Shown piece by piece: positions 57,390 through 64,000 of a DNA stretch of 64,000 bases. Origin of the DNA: Blastocatellia bacterium. Its GTDB lineage: Bacteria; Acidobacteriota; Blastocatellia; UBA7656. Numbering within the stretch: the stretch's first letter is position 1; every line of letters starts with the position of its first letter. Both the position numbers and the translations under genes were made by a program. The notes under the pieces are model-generated. The model was not told the origin of the DNA. It ran no database searches and was given only the letters and a program-made list of their open reading frames with translations. The stretch lies in contig CAVXWP010000009.1 of assembly GCA_963765495.1 (NCBI GenBank), positions 288,001-352,000 on the forward strand, read 5' to 3'.

Positions 57390-58247
57390 TTACTGCTTAA
57401 GTGATATTTTCGCTCTATCGGCCTCGATGGAAAGCCTCGGGCCGCCGCCGTTGATGGTCCCTTCAAAGCTGTTTCCCTTTTTGGTTTGCATGGCTATCGG
57501 GAAATCCGTAGAGAAACCGCCTCTTTTACTGATGTCGGCGTTGACGCTGAGCGCCTGCCCCTGTGGCAGCCTCATTTCAAATACTCCACGGTCTACGCCG
57601 ATGCGTGAATCGCCTTCGATGCTGACATCGTCGAGCCTGCTGTCGGTTCGGTCGGTCTCAAAATCGAGCCGCCCCCGCAGACGCGAGAACGTGCCTTCGC
57701 CTCTGTCTATACGCATTCGAATTTCGCCGGTCAGATCGCTCGCCGTCACCGGAGTGCGGTCCGCATTCACATCGGCCCGCCCGTCGAATCCGCTGATAGA
57801 GAGTTTCGATCTGTCGATCTCAAGACTCAGGTTGAGGTTGCGCGGCGCTCGAATCTCGTAGTGGATGTTGGGCAGATGCTTTGACTCGTTCATAAATCCG
57901 CCTTCGGTCGGCACACCGTCAAAATTGGAGCGAATGGTAAGCGAGCGGGCATCGCCGGTTACTTCTATTTTCGCGCCTTCAACCGCGCGCCGAGCGTAAT
58001 CACTATCCACGCGCTCGGGCGCTTCGATTCGGGCATAAACCTCGACCTCATTTTGATTCCATGATGTCAGGCTGACGCTTCCCTTATCCGTATTTATTCG
58101 CAGGTCGCCGCCTGATTCAAAATTCACAGTCTTCTTGAATTCTTTACTCTGAAAGAGCGAACCTCCGGCGGCCAGCGCAAAAGGCGCGGCCTGAAAAAAG
58201 GCCAGCGTCACGATTATCAATAGAGTCGAGCGGTAATTCTTCATCAT
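57390..58247 (-). CDS. Exported DUF4097-like beta-strand-repeat protein
   Basis: Signal peptide; INTDKGSV, Y.I.AP, repeated xDRx/xxG turns, GTINGGGP. Confidence 0.7.
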   Translation of the reverse strand: MMKNYRSTLLIIVTLAFFQAAPFALAAGGSLFQSKEFKKTVNFESGGDLRINTDKGSVSLTSWNQNEVEVYARIEAPERVDSDYARRAVEGAKIEVTGDARSLTIRSNFDGVPTEGGFMNESKHLPNIHYEIRAPRNLNLSLEIDRSKLSISGFDGRADVNADRTPVTASDLTGEIRMRIDRGEGTFSRLRGRLDFETDRTDSRLDDVSIEGDSRIGVDRGVFEMRLPQGQALSVNADISKRGGFSTDFPIAMQTKKGNSFEGTINGGGPRLSIEADRAKISLKQ

Positions 58248-58387
58248 TTACCTCCAGGGTTATTTCGATTCCGTTCCCGGCAATCAATGCGGCAGCAACG
58301 CCGACACCTCGCCAACAGGTAGTGCGGAATTGGCCGCCAAGGTTGCAGAAATTTTCTGATTTGATTTATCGAATCTCAAGACTGAGA

Positions 58388-60802
58388 TCATTCGCACCTC
58401 AGCGCCACCATCGGATCAACCTTCATCGCGCGGCGAACCGGGATAAAACTGGCTCCCAGAGCCACTCCCAGCAATATCAGCGCAACGGCGGCAAATATCG
58501 CGGGATCGGTCGGGCTTATCTGAAAGAGCAGGCTCGACATCAATCGAGTCAGAAAAAACGCCGCAATAAGCCCTATCGCAACCCCGGCCAACACAAGTAT
58601 TACGGCCTGCCCCACGATCAGACGCACCACGTCTCTGCGCCTGGCTCCGAGCGCCATCCGCACGCCTATCTCGTGCGTGCGCCGGTTGACCGTGTACGAC
58701 ATGACGGCGTATACGCCTACCGCCGCAAGCATCAATGCAACCCCCGCGAATATGCTCATAAGCAGGGTGTTGAATCGTTCGCTTGTGACCGAGGCCGATA
58801 TTCGCTTCTCCATAGAAGAGACTTTCAAAACAGGCAACTCCTGATCCGTAGCCCTGATCGCGTCGCGTATGGTCGAGGCGAGATTCATAGGGTCGCCCGC
58901 CGTGCGCACTACCAGATTCATGGTGCTCCACGGGCGTTGCGCGTGCGGCTCGTATGTAGCCAGGGCCGGTTCGGCGCTGAGGCCGGTGTTTTTCACGTCT
59001 CCGACCACGCCGACTATCGTGAGCCAGGGCTCGCCTTCGGGCGGCCCGATCTTTATCCGCTTTCCTACGGCGTCTTTGTCGGGCCAGTACCGGCGAGCCA
59101 TCTCGCCGTTTATCAAAACGACCTTCGTCTCTCCGTTGTCTCGGGCATCAAATTCGCGCCCGTAAATGAGCGGTATCCCCATGGTCTGGAAATAGTTTGG
59201 AAGCGCGCGGCGATAACTGGCCGAAGGCGCTTCCCCCGACGGGAAAGGGCGTCCCTCGATGGTCAATTCGCCGAGGCTGTCGCCCCCGCTTATCGGCAGA
59301 CGATTGACTGCGCTCGCGGCCTCGACGCCCGGAATTGCTTTAAGCTTCTGAGGAAGCTCCTTGTAAAACGAGATTACCTGGCTGGTATTGGGGTATCTTG
59401 AATTGGGGAGCGATACTTCCATCGTCAGCAGATTATCGGCTCGAAAGCCGGGATTGACTTTCTGCAATCGCCGGAAGCTGTCTATCATCAAACCAGCGCC
59501 GATCAATAGCACGAGTGAGAGGGCGATTTCCGCCACAACGAGCATATTTCGAGTGCGCGAACGAGCGAAACTTGCCGATGCTCTCCCGCCTTCCTTGAGA
59601 ACTTCGTTGAGGTCCGGTCTGGAAGCCTGAAACGCGGGCATGGTTCCAGATATTGCTCCGGTCAAGAGAGAGACCAGAAAGGTAAAGCCGAGCACCTGAG
59701 AATCAATACCGATTTCACTCGAACGAGGGATATAATCGGGCATCCCCGCAACCAGCCAGTCAACTCCCCATAGCGCAAGCAACAGCCCCAGCCCGCCACC
59801 CGCAAACGCAAGCAAGAGGCTTTCGGTAAGCAACTGGCGAATGATTCGCAAGCGGACGGCCCCGAGCGCGGTGCGAATGGCCAGCTCTTTTTGACGCGAC
59901 GCGGCGCGGGCAAACATCAGATTCACGACATTTGCGCAGGCTACAGCCAGCACGAAGACGACAGCGCCAAACAGCACAAAAAGCGACGGGCGGATCGTAC
60001 CAACCATCACTTCGTGCAGAGACTTGAGTTGAATGGCGTGGCCGGGATCGGCATCAGGGTATTGTTGTTGAATGCGGCCCGCGATCATGCTCATCTCAGT
60101 TTGAGATTGCTCGAGTGTGACGCCGGGCTTGAGGCGCGCAAGCGCAATAAAGACGTGTATAGCGCGGTTCTTCAGAAATATTTCAGGGGTGTTTGGAACG
60201 AGCGGCATCCATACGTCGATGTGCTCGGAAGGGATTTGAAACCCGGAGGGCATCACCCCAATGACACTGAAGGTCGCGTCGTCGAGTGAGATTGTCTTTC
60301 CCGACAGGTCAGGGTTCGCTCCGAATCTGCGCTGCCATAGCCCGTAGCTTATGAGGGCAACGGGCGCGCCTCCCGCCTTCTCTTCATCATCGGAAAAGGC
60401 GCGCCCGATTATCGGAGCAACACCAAGCGACTCGAACAGATTGTCTGTAACGGTTGCAGCTTGAACCCTCTCAGGCTCGCCGCCGCCCGACAGTATAAAG
60501 TCCTGCGAACCGATTGCTGCCATCTGGTCAAAGCTCTGGCTCTGGTTTCGCCAATCAACAAAATTGGAATAAGAGACACTGATCGGTTCCTCGCTCTGTT
60601 GAGGGTTGAATTCCTGAAGTATTACCAGTCTGTCGGCATCCCTGTAAGGCAGAGGGCGAAGTATGACGGCATTTACCACGCTGAATATCGCGCTGTTTGC
60701 GCCTATCCCCAGAGCCAGCACAACGAGCGCCGCCGCCGTAAAACCGGGGCTTTTCCGGAGCATCCGAACGCCAAAGCGTATATCTTGCCAGAGAGCTTCC
60801 AT
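58388..60802 (-). CDS. ADOP-type duplicated ABC permease
   Basis: MEALWQDIRFG, ALGIGANSAIFS, EIGVRMALGA, VDPMVALR.E. Confidence 0.92.
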   Translation of the reverse strand: MEALWQDIRFGVRMLRKSPGFTAAALVVLALGIGANSAIFSVVNAVILRPLPYRDADRLVILQEFNPQQSEEPISVSYSNFVDWRNQSQSFDQMAAIGSQDFILSGGGEPERVQAATVTDNLFESLGVAPIIGRAFSDDEEKAGGAPVALISYGLWQRRFGANPDLSGKTISLDDATFSVIGVMPSGFQIPSEHIDVWMPLVPNTPEIFLKNRAIHVFIALARLKPGVTLEQSQTEMSMIAGRIQQQYPDADPGHAIQLKSLHEVMVGTIRPSLFVLFGAVVFVLAVACANVVNLMFARAASRQKELAIRTALGAVRLRIIRQLLTESLLLAFAGGGLGLLLALWGVDWLVAGMPDYIPRSSEIGIDSQVLGFTFLVSLLTGAISGTMPAFQASRPDLNEVLKEGGRASASFARSRTRNMLVVAEIALSLVLLIGAGLMIDSFRRLQKVNPGFRADNLLTMEVSLPNSRYPNTSQVISFYKELPQKLKAIPGVEAASAVNRLPISGGDSLGELTIEGRPFPSGEAPSASYRRALPNYFQTMGIPLIYGREFDARDNGETKVVLINGEMARRYWPDKDAVGKRIKIGPPEGEPWLTIVGVVGDVKNTGLSAEPALATYEPHAQRPWSTMNLVVRTAGDPMNLASTIRDAIRATDQELPVLKVSSMEKRISASVTSERFNTLLMSIFAGVALMLAAVGVYAVMSYTVNRRTHEIGVRMALGARRRDVVRLIVGQAVILVLAGVAIGLIAAFFLTRLMSSLLFQISPTDPAIFAAVALILLGVALGASFIPVRRAMKVDPMVALRCE

Positions 60803-60810
60803 AATTCCCC

Positions 60811-60841
60811 TCTCAAATCTCAAATCTCAAATCTGAGATCA
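60811..60841. repeat. Family D heptamer run forming the intergenic spacer
   Basis: Minus strand TGA-TCTCAGA-TTTGAGA x3-GGGGAATT-ATG. Confidence 0.8.
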
Positions 60842-63238
60842 TTCATACCGAAGTGCCACCATCGGGTCTATCTTAGTTGCGCGCCGCGCCGGAACGTAAC
60901 AGGCCGCGAGAGCGATAACAATCAAGAGAGATGTCAGCAGAACAAAGGTGAGCGGATCGGTTGCGCTCACCCCGAAAAGCATGGATTCGATCAGCCGCGT
61001 CAGAATGATTGACGCGGTCAAACCTATTGCCACGCCTATTACGGCCTGCTTCATTCCCTGCCGGATGACCAGCTTCAAAACGTCTCCGGGTTGCGCGCCC
61101 AGTGCCATGCGTACGCCGATTTCTCGCGTGCGCTCCGTGACCGAATAAGACATCACGCCGTAAATCCCCGCTATCGCAAGCGCGAGCGCGGCGGCGGCAA
61201 AGACTCCGAATACGACAAGGCTGAATCGGCGTTCATCGAGAGAAGAGGAGAAGACCTGTTCAAGCGTGCGGAAGCTCGACGGGACATTGCCGTTGAGCGA
61301 TTCAACTTCTCGACGCATAGAAGAGATGAGCGCGGCAGGATCGGTTTTAGTGCGCGCGATTATGGAAAAATCCGATGCCTTTCGAGGGCGTTGCAGATAG
61401 TATGTGTAGACGGTTGGAGACACCCTGGTATCGAGCCCCCGGTCGCGCACATCTCCGACCACGCCTATGATATTCAGCAGCCTCGGGTCTCCATCCATAT
61501 TGCCGAATTGAATCTGTCTGCCGATGGCGTCTTCCTGCGGGAAATACAATTCGGCAAGTGACTGGCTGATGACGGCTGCGTGAGGAGAATTCGCTGTATC
61601 GCTCGAATCAAAGACGCGCCCGTGCAGCAACGGTATTCCCATAGCGGCGAAATAGCCCGGGCTCGTCACACGGAAATCGCCGTAGCCGGATTTTGTCCGA
61701 TCATTATCAATCAGGAAAGTGCCGTCGGCTCCGTCCACAGCCATAGGCAGATCGTTTATGCCGCCCACGGCAACCACGCCGGGCAGATTCTCCAGTTTTT
61801 CGAGCAATTGATTATGAAACGCCACCAGTTGCTGCTGCTGCTGCTCATCTTCGGGAAACGGGAGAGAAACATCCATCACAACCGCGCCTTCGGGTCGAAA
61901 ACCCGGATCTATGCTGAGCAGACTGAGAAAGCTCTTGCCAAGCAAACCCGCCGCGATCAAAAGCACAAGCGTGAGCGCGAACTCCGAGACTACGAATATG
62001 CCGCGCAGTCGATTGCTCGCGATGGATGATTGATCACGCCCGCCCTCTTTCAATGCCCGTTGCAGATCATAACCGGAGGCGCGCATGGCCGAGATCACAC
62101 CCAGAACCACAGCTACAAAAAACGAAAGTATTAAGGTGAAGACCAGCGCCCGGGCATCGACGTGGATTTCATTTGCGCGCGGGAGGTTCTCTTGATTTAG
62201 CGCAATCAACAGGTCGAGTCCCCAGAATGAGATTAGAACGCCTAAGGCTCCGCCGATCAGAGCCAGAACCCAGCTTTCGGCTATAAATTGTCGCGCAAGT
62301 CGGAATCGCGTGGCCCCGAGCGCGGCCCTCACGGCGAGTTCCTTTTGTCGCGAGGCCGCTCGCGCAAGCAGCAGGTTTGCGACATTCGCGCACGCAATCA
62401 ACAGCAGAAAAGCGACCGCGCCGAAAATAAGCAGCAGGCCGCTACGAATATCTCCGACCATGAATTCCTGTAGCGGGATCAGACTGACTCCGATCATGTC
62501 AATCTCTTCGCCGTATTGCTGTTTCAGGCTGCCGGCCAAAGCGTTCAATTCACTGCGGGCCGCCTTAAGCGAGACATCCGGGCGCAGACGCGCAATGACT
62601 CTCCAGTTGTGGGCCGTGCGCGAAGTGTTTGGCGGATAAACGTTGCGAGGAATCCAGACCTCGGTCTTTTCGGGAAAGTCAAAACCCGGAGGCATGACTC
62701 CGATTACCGTCATGCTCCGGTTGTCTATGTTAAGCGCGGAGGATGTGACATCGGCGTTGCCTCCAAGCAATCGCTGCCAGAACCCGTAGCTCACAACGGC
62801 GACCGTACCGCCTCCGGCCTTGCTCTCCTCTTCCGTAAATACGCGCCCCACCGAAGGCAGCACGTCGAACACTCGAAAGAGATCGCCCGACACGACAGCG
62901 ACATTGACCCGCACGGGGACGGCTCCGCCAGTTACCGTCGTCAGCCCGCTCGAATATAGCGCGAGGGTTTCGAGGCTGTGGTTTTGCGCGCGAATATCCA
63001 GAAAATTTGGCTCGGCCACCGCGACGCGACTGCCCTTTCTGGTTACCTCGCGAAGTTGCAGGATGCGGTCCGGCTCCGAGTATGGAAGCGAGCGCAGCAA
63101 AACGGCGTCAACTATGCTGAAGATCGCGGTACACGCGCCGATTCCAATCGCGAGCGTCAGTATGGCAATCGCCGCGAAGCCGGGACGTCTGAGCATCATC
63201 CGAAAACCATAGCGCAGGTCTTGCAAAAGGGTGTCCAT
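60839..63238 (-). CDS. ADOP-type duplicated ABC permease
   Basis: MDTLLQDLRYG, LLIACANVANLLLARA, IDPMVALRYE. Confidence 0.92.
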   Translation of the reverse strand: MDTLLQDLRYGFRMMLRRPGFAAIAILTLAIGIGACTAIFSIVDAVLLRSLPYSEPDRILQLREVTRKGSRVAVAEPNFLDIRAQNHSLETLALYSSGLTTVTGGAVPVRVNVAVVSGDLFRVFDVLPSVGRVFTEEESKAGGGTVAVVSYGFWQRLLGGNADVTSSALNIDNRSMTVIGVMPPGFDFPEKTEVWIPRNVYPPNTSRTAHNWRVIARLRPDVSLKAARSELNALAGSLKQQYGEEIDMIGVSLIPLQEFMVGDIRSGLLLIFGAVAFLLLIACANVANLLLARAASRQKELAVRAALGATRFRLARQFIAESWVLALIGGALGVLISFWGLDLLIALNQENLPRANEIHVDARALVFTLILSFFVAVVLGVISAMRASGYDLQRALKEGGRDQSSIASNRLRGIFVVSEFALTLVLLIAAGLLGKSFLSLLSIDPGFRPEGAVVMDVSLPFPEDEQQQQQLVAFHNQLLEKLENLPGVVAVGGINDLPMAVDGADGTFLIDNDRTKSGYGDFRVTSPGYFAAMGIPLLHGRVFDSSDTANSPHAAVISQSLAELYFPQEDAIGRQIQFGNMDGDPRLLNIIGVVGDVRDRGLDTRVSPTVYTYYLQRPRKASDFSIIARTKTDPAALISSMRREVESLNGNVPSSFRTLEQVFSSSLDERRFSLVVFGVFAAAALALAIAGIYGVMSYSVTERTREIGVRMALGAQPGDVLKLVIRQGMKQAVIGVAIGLTASIILTRLIESMLFGVSATDPLTFVLLTSLLIVIALAACYVPARRATKIDPMVALRYE

Positions 63239-63253
63239 CTCTCTCTCCTTGAA

Positions 63254-63291
63254 TCTCGAATCTCAAATCTCAAATGTGAAATCTCAGATCA
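63254..63291. repeat. Family D heptamer run forming the intergenic spacer
   Basis: Minus strand TGA-TCTGAGA-TTTCACA-TTTGAGA x2-TTCGAGA, then AAGGAG RBS. Confidence 0.75.
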
Positions 63292-64000
63292 TTCGTACCG
63301 GAGCGCGATCATCGGGTCTACTTTGGCCGCGCGCCACGCAGGGATAAAACTGGCCGCCAGAGCCACTCCTGCAAGCACGAGCGGTATGGCGATAAATGTA
63401 AGAGGGTCGGTCGCGCTCACGCCGTAAAGCAGGCTCTCCATCAATCGGGTCAGGGCAAAGGCCGCCGCAAGCCCGACCGATACGCCGATCACGGCCAAAA
63501 ACATCCCCTGACGAACTATCATTCCCAACACATCGGATGGACCCGCGCCAAGAGCTATGCGAATGCCAATCTCGCGTGTGCGCTGGCTGACCGAATACGC
63601 CGTCACGCCGTAGATGCCTATCGCCGCAAGCGTCAGCGCAAGCAATGCAAAGCTGCCGAGCATAACGGCGGCCAGCCGCGCGGGGAAAAGCGAGATTGCC
63701 AGATGCTCGGTCATAGTCTTCACGTCGAACAGAGGCAGATTGGGATCGAGTCTCTGCACCTCGCCGCGAATCGCGCCTATCATGGCTTTCGGGTCAGAGG
63801 TCGTGCGAACAATCATGACCATGCTGGCCGAGTAGGATTGAAGAAGCGGAAAGCATACGAATGGTTGGGAAGATTCTCCGATGTTCCAGTACTTGCCGTC
63901 TCTTGTGACGCCTACTATTTCGAGAAACGGACCTTCAAGGCTCCGGGTGCTCACGCGCTTACCGAGGGCCTCTTGCGGGGATTGAGCCTCCGGGAAGAAA
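63289..64000 (-). CDS. ADOP-type permease, C-terminal part (truncated by window edge)
   Basis: [20 protein letters not shown]; frame open to the window end. Confidence 0.88.
   Translation of the reverse strand, partial: FFPEAQSPQEALGKRVSTRSLEGPFLEIVGVTRDGKYWNIGESSQPFVCFPLLQSYSASMVMIVRTTSDPKAMIGAIRGEVQRLDPNLPLFDVKTMTEHLAISLFPARLAAVMLGSFALLALTLAAIGIYGVTAYSVSQRTREIGIRIALGAGPSDVLGMIVRQGMFLAVIGVSVGLAAAFALTRLMESLLYGVSATDPLTFIAIPLVLAGVALAASFIPAWRAAKVDPMIALRYE

Noticed and set aside
58294-58309. Minus-strand GG-N10-GC sigma54-like motif upstream of the DUF4097-like gene
   Set aside because: The -24 element (AGGTGTC) matches the consensus poorly
58322-59401. Long plus-strand ORFs antisense to ADOP genes, and similar ones opposite E1 and the permeases
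   Set aside because: Shadow ORFs expected from GC-rich codon bias; no protein motifs
1-64000. Autonomous transposase, RAYT, integrase, prophage, tRNA or rRNA
   Set aside because: None recognisable in the ORF track or sequence; any mobilising enzymes must lie outside the window

Overview
Bacterial chromosomal segment, most likely Acidobacteriota/Blastocatellia-like, inferred from the tandem ADOP-type duplicated permeases. No rRNA, tRNA, CRISPR array or autonomous transposase was seen. Layout: (1) two secreted DUF4384-like genes plus a trypsin-like protease; (2) acyl-CoA dehydrogenase, a swivel-first fused aconitase-family dehydratase, fused 2-oxoacid dehydrogenase E1 and a frameshifted EVE gene; (3) ABC exporter, C26 peptidase, rimI-tsaB, mutS; (4) a ~20.7 kb minus-strand envelope-glycan cluster (18176-38869) headed by cysC, with four cytoplasmic AlkP/NPP-fold paralogs, three GT-C-fold proteins, three flippase-like proteins, two GT2 and one GT4 but no recognisable sulfotransferase; (5) amino-acid transporters and USP; (6) a lower-GC c-di-GMP module with two sigma54-like promoters; (7) an ADOP permease array. 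In cluster (4), CysC and three AlkP paralogs share an acidic-helix 'LxxLGY' C-terminal tail; this is the best candidate for an undescribed system. Superimposed on the window is a dense set of short palindromic repeat families (7-mer and 9-mer hairpins, GTAG-type REPs, and TIR/TSD-bounded MITEs carrying hairpins). Several of these have entered reading frames or supply start/stop signals. All calls come from motif recognition by eye; no database searches were run.
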